This document shows, piece after piece, positions 1 through 8,583 of a stretch of DNA of 43,851 nt; within the stretch, counting starts at the first letter, position 1, and the number at the start of each line of letters is the position of its first letter. The translations under genes were made by a program, and so were the position numbers. A model generated the notes under the pieces. That model was not told the origin of the DNA, searched no databases, and saw only the letters and a program-made list of their open reading frames with translations. This DNA is from a virus (taxonomy: Duplodnaviria > Heunggongvirae > Uroviricota > Caudoviricetes): the IMG/VR virus record IMGVR_UViG_2531839640_000007; one strand, given 5' to 3'.

Positions 1-1284
1 TTACTTCTTCGCCTCTGCAACCACTTTACTACCCACGCCGCGGTTATTGTATTCCCACATGCGGTTGTAGTTAGTGTCATTCAGATTGCGCTGTATTTCG
101 TCGTTATCATCTACGCTGCCGGTATTACCCGCAAACGGACGATTAGAGATCACCGCATCGGCCCACGGTTTAGCCGTGTTAAAACCTTCGTTGATGGCGC
201 TATCACGGATCACCACCTGACCGTTGGTATTGGCATCAACATCCAGCGAGCGGCCCAGTTGCGCCACACCATCACCGAAAGCATTGAAACGGCTGTTTAC
301 GGCGAGGAAACCGTAGTAAATGTTGGACAGCGTAGCCGGTGCAAACACATACGCTTCTTGCTGAGTACGTGAGTTCACCACGCGGAATTCGGTGTTATCG
401 AACACCACTGCGCCGCGACCAGAAACGATATCCACATCCCCTTCAATGTAGCTGTTGGTCACCAGCGTACGCGGCTGACGGTTGGTTTCCAGACGGTTCT
501 GCACACCGCTGTTGGTGACAAAGAAGGTGTTCTGACGACCGAGAATGTTAACGTTGTTAATCTGTACCTGGTCACCATCAGTACGCAGTGCCACCGCCGG
601 ATGGTTACCTGCATCTACGCTATCGCCCAGCGTGTTTTCGATGGTCAGATTTTGCAGTTGCAGGCCATTGTTTTGTGACCAGAAGACCGCAGAGCAGAGA
701 ACACCGATACTGTCGCTGCGTTTGCTCTGGCAGCTATCGTACATATACCACGCTGGTTTACCTGGCATATATTTGCCGCGCGGGTTGACGTCGTGACGCC
801 AGTCGGCAGGGCTCATGCCACCATCAAGGGAAAGCCCAATCTTCACATCAATCGGTTTTTCACCTGTACCGTACAGAGTAATTCCACCCGGAGCGGCAGG
901 GACATATACCGTTCCCTGATACTCACCAGGCATCACGGCAATATACTGGCGCTTGTTGGTACGCTTGATAATTGCCGCATCTACCGCCGCCTGAATCGTG
1001 GTATGCGTTACACCTTGAGTGCCCGCCGGGCCGACAACAAAGTCAGGTTGCGCAGGCAGGGTAATCGGGGAAGGATTCCACGCTGCAGCACCTGGTGTCA
1101 GGGATGCAAAATAGTGTTGAGCATCGAAATTCTGCGCTTCTTTTGCCGACAGAATCGGGCGAGAAGAGGTACCAGGCGCGGTTTGATCAGAAGGACGTTG
1201 ATCGGGCGGGGTTGAGCTACAGGCGGTCAGCGTCACGCCAAAAGCCAATGCCAGCGCCAGACGGGAAACTGAAAATGTGTTCAC
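1..1284 (-). CDS. ybhC: Host lipoprotein YbhC (pectinesterase-family acyl-CoA thioesterase), complete 427 aa; chromosomal flank of attB-lambda
   Basis: Full-length ORF with lipoprotein signal (LTAC); sequence recognised as E. coli YbhC; adjacent to lambda att core. Confidence 0.9.
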   Translation of the reverse strand: MNTFSVSRLALALAFGVTLTACSSTPPDQRPSDQTAPGTSSRPILSAKEAQNFDAQHYFASLTPGAAAWNPSPITLPAQPDFVVGPAGTQGVTHTTIQAAVDAAIIKRTNKRQYIAVMPGEYQGTVYVPAAPGGITLYGTGEKPIDVKIGLSLDGGMSPADWRHDVNPRGKYMPGKPAWYMYDSCQSKRSDSIGVLCSAVFWSQNNGLQLQNLTIENTLGDSVDAGNHPAVALRTDGDQVQINNVNILGRQNTFFVTNSGVQNRLETNRQPRTLVTNSYIEGDVDIVSGRGAVVFDNTEFRVVNSRTQQEAYVFAPATLSNIYYGFLAVNSRFNAFGDGVAQLGRSLDVDANTNGQVVIRDSAINEGFNTAKPWADAVISNRPFAGNTGSVDDNDEIQRNLNDTNYNRMWEYNNRGVGSKVVAEAKK

Positions 1285-1330
1285 AGGTTGCTCCGGGCTA
1301 TGAAATAGAAAAATGAATCCGTTGAAGCCT

Positions 1331-1345
1331 GCTTTTTTATACTAA
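1331..1345. other. attL: attL core (common core O of lambda att) GCTTTTTTATACTAA
   Basis: Exact 15-bp lambda core between ybhC and int. Confidence 0.92.
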
Positions 1346-1420
1346 GTTGGCATTATAAAAAAGCATTGCTTATCAATTTGTTGCAACGAACAGGTCACTA
1401 TCAGTCAAAATAAAATCATT
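1346..1420. promoter_or_regulatory. P-prime arm of attL with Int arm-type sites (CAGGTCACTATCAGTCAAAATAAAATCATT)
   Basis: Tandem arm-type motifs at 1391-1420 immediately phage-side of the core. Confidence 0.8.
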
Positions 1421-2489
1421 ATTTGATTTCAATTTTGTCCCACTCCCTGCCTCTGTCATCACGATACTGTGATGCCATGGTGTCCGACTTATGCCCGAGA
1501 AGATGTTGAGCAAACTTATCGCTTATCTGCTTCTCATAGAGTCTTGCAGACAAACTGCGCAACTCGTGAAAGGTAGGCGGATCCCCTTCGAAGGAAAGAC
1601 CTGATGCTTTTCGTGCGCGCATAAAATACCTTGATACTGTGCCGGATGAAAGCGGTTCGCGACGAGTAGATGCAATTATGGTTTCTCCGCCAAGAATCTC
1701 TTTGCATTTATCAAGTGTTTCCTTCATTGATATTCCGAGAGCATCAACATGCAATGCTGTTGGGATGGCAATTTTTACGCCTGTTTTGCTTTGCTCGACA
1801 TAAAGATATCCATCTACGATATCAGACCACTTCATTTCGCATAAATCACCAACTCGTTGCCCGGTAACAACAGCCAGTTCCATTGCAAGTCTGAGCCAAC
1901 ATGGTGATGATTCTGCTGCTTGATAAATTTTCAGGTATTCGTCAGCCGTAAGTCTTGATCTCCTTACCTCTGATTTTGCTGCGCGAGTGGCAGCGACAGG
2001 GTTTGTTGTTATATGGCCTTCAGCTATTGCCTCTCGGAATGCATCGCTCAGTGTTGATCTGATTAACTTGGCTGACGCCGCCTTGCCCTCGTCTATGTAT
2101 CCATTGAGCATTGCCGCAATTTCTTTTGTGGTGATGTCTTCAAGTGGAGCATCAGGCAGACCCCTCCTTATTGCTTTAATTTTGCTCATGTAATTTATGA
2201 GTGTCTTCTGCTTGATTCCTCTGCTGGCCAGGATTTTTTCGTAGCGATCAAGCCATGAATGTAACGTAACGGAATTATCACTGTTGATTCTCGCTGTCAG
2301 AGGCTTGTGTTTGTGTCCTGAAAATAACTCAATGTTGGCCTGTATGGCTTCAGTGATTGCGATTCGCCTGTCTCTGCCTAATCCAAACTCTTTACCCGTC
2401 CTTGGGTCCCTGTAGCAGTAATATCCATTGTTTCTTATATAAAGGTTAGGGGGTAAATCCCGGCGCTCATGACTTCGCCTTCTTCCCAT
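1419..2489 (-). CDS. int: Lambda integrase (tyrosine recombinase), 356 aa
   Basis: ORF; protein recognised as lambda Int (MGRRRSHERRDLPPNLYIRNNGYY...). Confidence 0.97.
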   Translation of the reverse strand: MGRRRSHERRDLPPNLYIRNNGYYCYRDPRTGKEFGLGRDRRIAITEAIQANIELFSGHKHKPLTARINSDNSVTLHSWLDRYEKILASRGIKQKTLINYMSKIKAIRRGLPDAPLEDITTKEIAAMLNGYIDEGKAASAKLIRSTLSDAFREAIAEGHITTNPVAATRAAKSEVRRSRLTADEYLKIYQAAESSPCWLRLAMELAVVTGQRVGDLCEMKWSDIVDGYLYVEQSKTGVKIAIPTALHVDALGISMKETLDKCKEILGGETIIASTRREPLSSGTVSRYFMRARKASGLSFEGDPPTFHELRSLSARLYEKQISDKFAQHLLGHKSDTMASQYRDDRGREWDKIEIK

Positions 2490-2685
2490 TTCTGATCCTC
2501 TTCAAAAGGCTACCTGTTACTGGTCGATTTAAGTCAACCTTTACCGCTGATTCGTGGAACAGATACTCTCTTCCATCCTTAACCGGAGGAGGGAATATCC
2601 TGCACTCGCGTACCCATCGACGAACTGTTTCAAGGCTTCTTGGGCGTCGCTGGCGTGCGTTCCACTCCTGAAGTGTCAAGTACAT
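2467..2685 (-). CDS. xis: Lambda excisionase, 72 aa
   Basis: ORF overlapping int start; protein recognised as lambda Xis (MYLTLQEWNARQRRPRSLETVRRW...). Confidence 0.95.
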   Translation of the reverse strand: MYLTLQEWNARQRRPRSLETVRRWVRECRIFPPPVKDGREYLFHESAVKVDLNRPVTGSLLKRIRNGKKAKS

Positions 2686-2724
2686 CGCAAAGTCTCCGCA
2701 ATTACACGCAAGAAAAAACCGCCA

Positions 2725-2892
2725 TCAGGCGGCTTGGTGTTCTTTCAGTTCTTCAATTCGAATATTGGTTACGTCTGCATGTGCTATCTGCGCCCACAGC
2801 ATCCAGTGGTCATAGCAGTCGCTGATGTTCTCGGCTTCGATAACTCTGTTGAATGGTTCTCCATTCCATTCACCTGTGACTCGGAAGTGCAT
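2725..2892 (-). CDS. Small hypothetical protein, 55 aa (MHFRVTGEWNGEPFNRVIEAENISDCYDHWMLWAQIAHADVTNIRIEELKEHQAA), xis-adjacent small ORF as in lambda
   Basis: Hand-translated minus-strand ORF below the 60-aa track cutoff; co-oriented with pL operon. Confidence 0.4.
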   Translation of the reverse strand: MHFRVTGEWNGEPFNRVIEAENISDCYDHWMLWAQIAHADVTNIRIEELKEHQAA

Positions 2893-3134
2893 TTATCATC
2901 TCCATAAAACAAAACCCGCCGTAGCGAGTTCAGATAAAAGAAATCCTCGTCAGTGCGAGGATGCTGTTCATTGCTGCTATACACTTTTTTGCTCTCAACG
3001 TAAGCGGTAGCCCATTCTGTTGGGTTGGTGCAGTTGCTTTTAGGAAATGCTATTTACCCCTTAAATTTCGGCTGAAAGAGCTAAAATCCATGCAAAAAAT
3101 TTACGCAATTTTGTGTATTATTGTGCAGTAAGTA

Positions 3135-3737
3135 ATGAGCTATTTTCTGCGCAAAAAATGGATGGTAAATTTGTCCGGGTCAGGAAAAATTTTATGGGCG
3201 CTAAACATGAAAAAAGATTCGTATCCTTATTTGATTTGCATGACAGTTTCAGGGCTGATCTTTATTTTCCTTTTCTTCTGGTGGCGGGCAGATATCTACA
3301 GGGTCACGTTTCTTAATCAGAGTATATCCCACTATTACATTCTGTTTAGCATGGGAATAGCTTTTCTGTTATCTCTGTTTTGGGTTAAGAAGGGGATAGT
3401 AAAACAAAGAGGCTGGAAGAGTCTGTCAGCATACCTTAAGGTTTATGCAGGGATGTGCATATTTGCTGGATTTTTTCTGATTATACCCCTTACGACACTA
3501 ACTTATTTTTTGCCTGGAGAGACATCGTCTTATGTTGCACCGTATCGGTATACTTCCGGTAGTTCAAAAAGTTGTTCTGGAGCTGAGGTGGATGACCCCG
3601 AACTACATGAGAATATTCGCATTTGCTATCCGTATGGCAATTATGAGTACGATAATATTATCTATGTTGAAAAGAAAATTAATATATTAGGTGCGGTAGT
3701 GACATATGCACAGACCGCGCGTGATGATACTGAATGA
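3135..3737 (+). CDS. Hypothetical membrane protein, 200 aa, three predicted TM helices plus Cys-containing C-terminal domain; AT-rich opposite-strand cargo gene
   Basis: Long ORF on strand opposite to pL operon; hydrophobic segments LICMTVSGLIFIFLFFWW, YYILFSMGIAFLLSLFWV, VYAGMCIFAGFFLIIPLTTLTYFL; low GC; start codon uncertain (alternative Met at MVNLSG or MKKDSY). Confidence 0.6.
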   Translation: MSYFLRKKWMVNLSGSGKILWALNMKKDSYPYLICMTVSGLIFIFLFFWWRADIYRVTFLNQSISHYYILFSMGIAFLLSLFWVKKGIVKQRGWKSLSAYLKVYAGMCIFAGFFLIIPLTTLTYFLPGETSSYVAPYRYTSGSSKSCSGAEVDDPELHENIRICYPYGNYEYDNIIYVEKKINILGAVVTYAQTARDDTE

Positions 3738-3771
3738 TATAGTATATAGCGGGCAAGTTTTAGTTAATTTA

Positions 3772-3800
3772 TCGAGGTAATATAATTTACCTCGACTCGT
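3772..3800 (+). terminator. Hairpin TCGAGGTAA-tataat-TTACCTCGA followed by T-rich tract; possible terminator of the membrane-protein gene
   Basis: 9-bp perfect inverted repeat 35 nt after the stop codon. Confidence 0.35.
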
Positions 3801-3947
3801 TTGTTCTGGTATTAATATTTCGCTTTACGACCGATTTTTATCTGATGATATCATGCGGTTTTCATATACTGACTTACTGTCTTTTCTCCGTTAGCGATTT
3901 TCTCCTGCTCAGCGATGATTTTATCTTTGGCTTCTAGTTAATTTCGC

Positions 3948-4169
3948 TCACTTCGAACCTCTCTGTTTACTGATAAGCTCCAGATCCTCCTGGCAACTTG
4001 CACAAGTCCGACAACCCTGAACGACCAGGCGTCTTCGTTCATCTATCGGATCGCCACACTCACAACAATGAGTGGCAGATATAGCCTGGTGGTTCAGGCG
4101 GCGCATTTTTATTGCTGTGTTGCGCTGTAATTCTTCAATTTCTGATGCTGAATCAATGATGTCTGCCAT
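3948..4169 (-). CDS. TraR/DksA-family C4 zinc-finger protein, 73 aa (lambda orf73-like)
   Basis: CxxC...CxxC motif (CCECGDPI ... CRTCASCQ); matches recollection of lambda Orf73 TraR homologue. Confidence 0.75.
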   Translation of the reverse strand: MADIIDSASEIEELQRNTAIKMRRLNHQAISATHCCECGDPIDERRRLVVQGCRTCASCQEDLELISKQRGSK

Positions 4170-4267
4170 CTTCCATTAATCCCTGAATTGTTGGTTAATA
4201 CGCTTGAGGGTGAATGCGAATAATAAAAAAGGAGCCTGTAGCTCCCTGATGATTTTGCTTTTCATGT

Positions 4268-4579
4268 TCATCGTTCCTTAAAGACGCCGTTTAACATGCC
4301 GATTGCCAGGCTTAAATGAGTCGGTGTGAATCCCATCAGCGTTACCGTTTCGCGGTGCTTCTTCAGTACGCTACGGCAAATGTCATCGACGTTTTTATCC
4401 GGAAACTGCTGTCTGGCTTTTTTGATTTCAGAATTAGCCTGACGGGCAATGCTGCGAAGGGCGTTTTCCTGCTGAGGTGTCATTGAACAAGTCCCATGTC
4501 GGCAAGCATAAGCACACAGAATATGAAGCCCGCTGCCAGAAAAATGCATTCCGTGGTTGTCATACCTGGTCTCTCTCAT
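4268..4579 (-). CDS. Small early-left hypothetical protein (lambda orf61 region); true start probably internal (MTPQQENALRSIARQ..., about 71 aa)
   Basis: ORF in pL operon orientation overlapping orf63 start; N-terminal 30 residues look non-protein-like. Confidence 0.45.
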   Translation of the reverse strand: MRETRYDNHGMHFSGSGLHILCAYACRHGTCSMTPQQENALRSIARQANSEIKKARQQFPDKNVDDICRSVLKKHRETVTLMGFTPTHLSLAIGMLNGVFKER

Positions 4580-4751
4580 CTGCTTCTGCTTTCGCCACCA
4601 TCATTTCCAGCTTTTGTGAAAGGGATGCGGCTAACGTATGAAATTCTTCGTCTGTTTCTACTGGTATTGGCACAAACCTGACTCCATTTTGAGCGAGGCT
4701 ATGTGCCATCTCGATACTCGTTCTTAACTCAACGGGAGATGCTTTGTGCAT
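4560..4751 (-). CDS. Lambda orf63-like protein, 63 aa
   Basis: Size, position and overlap pattern identical to lambda orf63 immediately upstream of orf60a. Confidence 0.7.
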   Translation of the reverse strand: MHKASPVELRTSIEMAHSLAQNGVRFVPIPVETDEEFHTLAASLSQKLEMMVAKAEADERDQV

Positions 4752-4912
4752 ACAGCTCCCCGTTTATTATTTATCTCCTCAGCCAGCCGCTGTGCTTTCA
4801 GGGGATTTCGGATAACAGAAAGGCCGGGAAATACCCAGCCTCGCTTCGTAACGGAGTAGACGAAAGTGATCGTGCCTACCCGGATATTATCGTGAGGATG
4901 CTTCATCGCCAT
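4724..4912 (-). CDS. Lambda orf60a-like protein, 62 aa
   Basis: Position directly upstream of exo, overlapping its start; sequence recalled as lambda orf60a. Confidence 0.7.
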   Translation of the reverse strand: MAMKHPHDNIRVGTITFVYSVTKRGWVFPGLSVIRNPLKAQRLAEEINNKRGAVCTKHLPLS

Positions 4913-5583
4913 TGCTCCCCAAATACAAAACCAATTTCAGCCAGTGCCACGTCCATTTTTTCGATGAACTCCGGCACCATCTCGTCAAAATTCGCCATGT
5001 ACTTTTCATTCCGCTCAATCACGACATAATGCAGGCCTTCACGCTTCATACGCGGGTCATAGTTGGCAAAGTACCAGGCATCTTTTCGCGTCACCCACAT
5101 GCTGTACTGCACCTGGGCCATGTAAGCCGATTTTATGGCCTCGAAACCACCGAGCCGGAACTTCATGAAATCCCGGGAGGTAAACGGGCATTTCAGTTCA
5201 AGGCCGTTGCCGTCACTGCATAAACCATCGGGAGAGCAGGCGGTGCGCATACTTTCGTCGCGATAGATGATCGGGGATTCAGTAACATTCACGCCGGAAG
5301 TGAATTCAAACAGGGTTCTGGCGTCGTTCTCGTACTGTTTTCCCCAGGCCAGCGCCTTAGCATTAACTTCCGGAGCCACACCGGTGCAAACCTCAGCCAG
5401 CAGGGTGTGGAAGTAGGACATTTTCATGTCAGGCCACTTCTTTCCTGAGCGGGGCTTTGCTATCACGTTGTGAACTTCTGAAGCGGTGATGACGCCGAGC
5501 CGTAATTTGTGCCATGCATCATCCCCCTGTTCGACAGCTCTCACGTCGATCCCGGTACGCTGCAGGATAATGTCCGGTGTCAT
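4903..5583 (-). CDS. exo: Lambda exonuclease (Red-alpha), 226 aa
   Basis: Protein recognised as lambda Exo ([30 protein letters not shown]...). Confidence 0.97.
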   Translation of the reverse strand: MTPDIILQRTGIDVRAVEQGDDAWHKLRLGVITASEVHNVIAKPRSGKKWPDMKMSYFHTLLAEVCTGVAPEVNAKALAWGKQYENDARTLFEFTSGVNVTESPIIYRDESMRTACSPDGLCSDGNGLELKCPFTSRDFMKFRLGGFEAIKSAYMAQVQYSMWVTRKDAWYFANYDPRMKREGLHYVVIERNEKYMANFDEMVPEFIEKMDVALAEIGFVFGEQWR

Positions 5584-6365
5584 GCTGCCACCTTCTGCTC
5601 AGTGGCTTTCTGTTTCAGGAATCCAAGAGCTTTCACTGCTTCGGCCTGTGTCAGTTCTGACGATGCGCGAATGTCGCGGCGAAATATCTGGGAACAGAGC
5701 GGCAATAAGTCGTCATCCCATGTTTTATCCAGGGCGATCAGCAGAGTGTTAATCTCCTGCATGGTTTCATCGTTAACCGGAGTGATGTCGCGTTCTGGCT
5801 GACGTTCTGCAGTGTATGCGGTATTTTCGACAATGCGCTCGGCTTCATCCTTGTCATAGATACCAGCAAATCCGAAGGCCAGACGGGCACACTGAATCAT
5901 GGCTTTATGCCGTAACATCCGTTTGGGATGCGACTGCCACGGCCCCGTGATTTCTCTGCCTTCGCGAGTTTTGAATGGTTCGCGGCGGCATTCATCCATC
6001 CATTCGGTAACGCAGATCGGATGATTACGGTCCTTGCGGTAAATCCGGCATGTACAGGATTCATTGTCCTGCTCAAAGTCCATGCCATCAAACTGCTGGT
6101 TTTCATTGATGATGCGGGACCAGCCATCAACGCCCACCACCGGAACGATGCCGTTCTGCTTATCAGGGAAGGCGTAAATTTCTTTCGTCCACGGATTAAG
6201 GCCGTACTGGTTGGCGACGATCAACAATGCGATGAACTGCGCATCGCTGGCATCACCTTTAAATGCCGTCTGGCGAAGAGTGGTGATCAGTTCCTGTGGG
6301 TCGACAGAATCCATGCCGACACGTTCAGCCAGCTTCCCTGCCAGCGTTGCGAGTGCTGTACTCAT
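5580..6365 (-). CDS. bet: Lambda Beta single-strand annealing protein (Red-beta), 261 aa
   Basis: Protein recognised as lambda Bet ([37 protein letters not shown]...). Confidence 0.97.
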   Translation of the reverse strand: MSTALATLAGKLAERVGMDSVDPQELITTLRQTAFKGDASDAQFIALLIVANQYGLNPWTKEIYAFPDKQNGIVPVVGVDGWSRIINENQQFDGMDFEQDNESCTCRIYRKDRNHPICVTEWMDECRREPFKTREGREITGPWQSHPKRMLRHKAMIQCARLAFGFAGIYDKDEAERIVENTAYTAERQPERDITPVNDETMQEINTLLIALDKTWDDDLLPLCSQIFRRDIRASSELTQAEAVKALGFLKQKATEQKVAA

Positions 6366-6370
6366 CCGTT

Positions 6371-6667
6371 TTATACCTCTGAATCAATATCAACCTGGTG
6401 GTGAGCAATGGTTTCAACCATGTACTGGATGTGTTCTGCCATGCGCTCCTGAAACTCAACATCGTCATCAAACGCACGGGTAATGGCTTTTTTGCTGGCC
6501 CCGTGGCGTTGCAAATGATCGATGCATAGCGATTCAAACAGGTGCTGGGGCAGGCCTTTTTCCATGTCGTCTGCCAGTTCTGCCTCTTTCTCTTCACGGG
6601 CGATCTGCTGGTAGTGACGCGCCCAGCTCTGAGCCTCAAGACGATCCTGAATGTAATAAGCGTTCAT
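6371..6667 (-). CDS. gam: Gam RecBCD inhibitor, short GamS form (98 aa) with AGGAGG RBS; upstream extension of long form is frame-disrupted
   Basis: Protein recognised as lambda Gam C-terminal 98 aa ([21 protein letters not shown]...). Confidence 0.9.
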   Translation of the reverse strand: MNAYYIQDRLEAQSWARHYQQIAREEKEAELADDMEKGLPQHLFESLCIDHLQRHGASKKAITRAFDDDVEFQERMAEHIQYMVETIAHHQVDIDSEV

Positions 6668-6742
6668 GGCTGACCTCCTGAAAATGGCTGTGAAAATATC
6701 GCCCGCGAAATGCCAGGCTGATTAGGAAAACAGGAAAGGGGA

Positions 6743-7033
6743 TTAGTGATTCAGGCCGTTACCGCGTCCGTCGAGAAAAACTTCCACGAGCAAATCACGG
6801 GTATAAGTGCGCTCGATGCCGCGATGCAGATAAAGCCGTCCGCGTAAATTAGCTGATGCAGTCCAGGTACCATCTTTGTGTTTGACCAGCATTCCTGGCA
6901 TGACCGCACCTCGATTAACGGTCTGCGTTCCATAATGTTGATGAACCATAAAAACTCCTGCCCGTAAGCTGGGCTGCTGAACATATAGAGACTTCTGCGC
7001 GTATTCAGGCGGTGGATGGCCGCCGGTTGTCAT
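6743..7033 (-). CDS. Hypothetical protein, 96 aa, first ORF downstream of the inferred pL (position where N sits in lambda); no arginine-rich motif
   Basis: ORF in operon orientation between gam and the pL operator region; no family recognised. Confidence 0.4.
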   Translation of the reverse strand: MTTGGHPPPEYAQKSLYVQQPSLRAGVFMVHQHYGTQTVNRGAVMPGMLVKHKDGTWTASANLRGRLYLHRGIERTYTRDLLVEVFLDGRGNGLNH

Positions 7034-7239
7034 AACTAAGCCGCCTCGTTGAAGCGACTAAGGTATGAAATGTTGAGTTAATTTCAGCTGGTCACACCGA
7101 CGTTCACGCGTCCGTTTCACCCCTCGCACTCCCCGAAGCCTGCTGAAATTCAAACTGCGGATCTAAGCGGTCATCGCAACGGTGAATCAGGTAGTTGCCG
7201 TATCGTTGTGTTGTTGCGATGAACTTATTTAAAACTATA

Positions 7240-7259
7240 GTTGTTTTATCGTCAACAAC
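7240..7259. promoter_or_regulatory. Candidate OL operator: inverted repeat GTTGTT-ttatcgtc-AACAAC within a cluster of GTTGTT half-sites (7205-7290)
   Basis: Same GTTGTT-N8-AACAAC architecture as palindrome at pR; lies upstream of leftward early genes. Confidence 0.5.
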
Positions 7260-7402
7260 AAAAGTTGTTTTATTGGTTGTTTTAGATATAACTGGTTGTA
7301 TTTAGGATGGATTTATTTTGTGACTTGAATCGCATAGCGATAACTGAAGCGAGGTTATGGTGGTTTTTTAACGGTGTGTGTGTGATGAGGGGAGGGCAAA
7401 AG

Positions 7403-7426
7403 AAAACCCGGCACGGTGACCGGGAT
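7403..7426 (-). terminator. Hairpin CCCGG-N8-CCGGG followed by UUUUCUUUU on minus strand; likely terminator of repressor transcript
   Basis: GC stem plus T-run about 120 nt downstream of repressor stop. Confidence 0.45.
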
Positions 7427-7545
7427 TCTTACGCCGTTAGGTAAAGATATTATTGCGGTGGCTTAATATTACTACCTAGAGCAAAGATAGGAATTAGTTC
7501 TTTACTGAATGAGCACAATGCCCAGTTGATAATTTTTAATTGGTA

Positions 7546-8235
7546 CTACCCATGCTTCCTATATGTCTGCGGCATGCTCCCAATAACCTTACCGAAGATG
7601 AACACCCGGTTCATCTCGTCTTTCTCGATCGGGTCCCACGGTGAGTAGCTTTTGTTATCAGAGATGACCAGCAGCTTATCCTTCATCATTTGCAGGCGCT
7701 TTACATGGGCTGTGTCGTCGTACAGAAACGCATAGATACCATCACCGTCGAAAGATTTAACTGTGATATCAACGAACAGCAGATCACCTGGTTCGATCGT
7801 TCCTGACATGCTGTCACCACGCACGTTAATGATGCGGATATTTTCCGCCTTCCTACCATCGAACATGTGACGAGCATCGTCAAACGAGTACTCAACCGAG
7901 CGTAGAACTTCTACAAACTCACGGTTGATGACTCCCGGCCCAGCACTGACTTCTATATCAAGAACGTCAATCTTGAAGTATTTGGAATGGCTGACAGTTG
8001 ATTGTATTGGTTGCACTGTACTGTCTGACATATTTCCAACGCCAGAAGATAACCATTCTGCGCGCACACCCAAAGCGTTCGCGATCTCCACGATTTTAGT
8101 TGTTTGATTAGCTTTCCCTGTTTCGATTTTCTGAATAGCAGCCTGGCTAACCCCGACCAAATCCCCAAGCGCCTTTTGTGTAAGGCCTCGCGCTAATCTG
8201 GCTTCTTTAAGTCTTTCTGAGAGTGTTGTTTTCAT
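7546..8235 (-). CDS. CI-like prophage repressor, HTH (XRE) N-terminal domain plus S24 LexA-like autopeptidase C-terminal domain, about 229 aa; not lambda or 434 immunity
   Basis: HTH motif LTQKALGDLVGVSQAAIQKIETGK; S24 motifs GDSMSGT and KRL; divergent from cro-like gene across operator region; start taken at MKTTLSERL. Confidence 0.85.
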   Translation of the reverse strand: MKTTLSERLKEARLARGLTQKALGDLVGVSQAAIQKIETGKANQTTKIVEIANALGVRAEWLSSGVGNMSDSTVQPIQSTVSHSKYFKIDVLDIEVSAGPGVINREFVEVLRSVEYSFDDARHMFDGRKAENIRIINVRGDSMSGTIEPGDLLFVDITVKSFDGDGIYAFLYDDTAHVKRLQMMKDKLLVISDNKSYSPWDPIEKDEMNRVFIFGKVIGSMPQTYRKHG

Positions 8236-8276
8236 AGTCCAAATGTACAACCAAGGTTTTATCCCATCAAACGAAA

Positions 8277-8302
8277 ATGGTTGTTGACTAAAAAACAACC
8301 AT
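8277..8302. promoter_or_regulatory. Candidate OR operator: perfect palindrome ATGGTTGTT-gactaaaa-AACAACCAT overlapping a TTGACT -35 element (putative pR)
   Basis: 9-bp perfect inverted arms; TTGACT at 8284-8289 and TTTAAT about 16 bp downstream; located between divergent repressor and cro-like genes. Confidence 0.6.
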
Positions 8303-8340
8303 AGTTTTAATCTTGATTCAAATTAACCACGGAGGTTGTT

Positions 8341-8571
8341 ATGAACCCAGCTATCAAAACAGCGATCAATATCGTTGGTTCACAAAAGAAACTGGGCGCT
8401 GCTTGCGAAGTTTCACAGCAGGCCGTCTATAAGTGGCTTCACAACAAAGCAAAGGTATCCCCTGAACATGTCGGCAGCATTGTTACGGCTACTGGTGGAG
8501 TAGTGAAGGCATACCAGATTCGCCCGGATCTTCCGAAGTTGTTTCCACACACCGAAAAGAACGCAGCTTAA
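8341..8571 (+). CDS. Cro-like small HTH regulator, 76 aa
   Basis: First gene rightward of operator region, GGAGG RBS, HTH-like segment QKKLGAACEVSQQAVYKWL. Confidence 0.7.
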   Translation: MNPAIKTAINIVGSQKKLGAACEVSQQAVYKWLHNKAKVSPEHVGSIVTATGGVVKAYQIRPDLPKLFPHTEKNAA

Positions 8572-8583
8572 ATTTCCATTTCA

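Noticed and set aside
545-1316. Plus-strand ORFs of 66-140 aa opposite ybhC
   Set aside because: Antisense to a well-supported host gene; Arg-rich junk translations.
2784-2984. 66-aa minus-strand ORF (and 2554-2907 plus-strand ORF) near xis
   Set aside because: Overlap the better-supported 55-aa xis-adjacent ORF and xis itself in other frames.
3113-3316. 67-aa ORF overlapping the start of the membrane-protein gene in another frame
   Set aside because: Shorter and less protein-like than the overlapping 200-aa membrane-protein frame; kept only as an alternative if the larger ORF proves non-coding.
6751-6984. 77-aa ORF in alternate frame of the 96-aa pL-proximal ORF
   Set aside because: Cys/Trp-rich implausible translation; at most one of the overlapping frames is coding and the 96-aa frame looks more protein-like.
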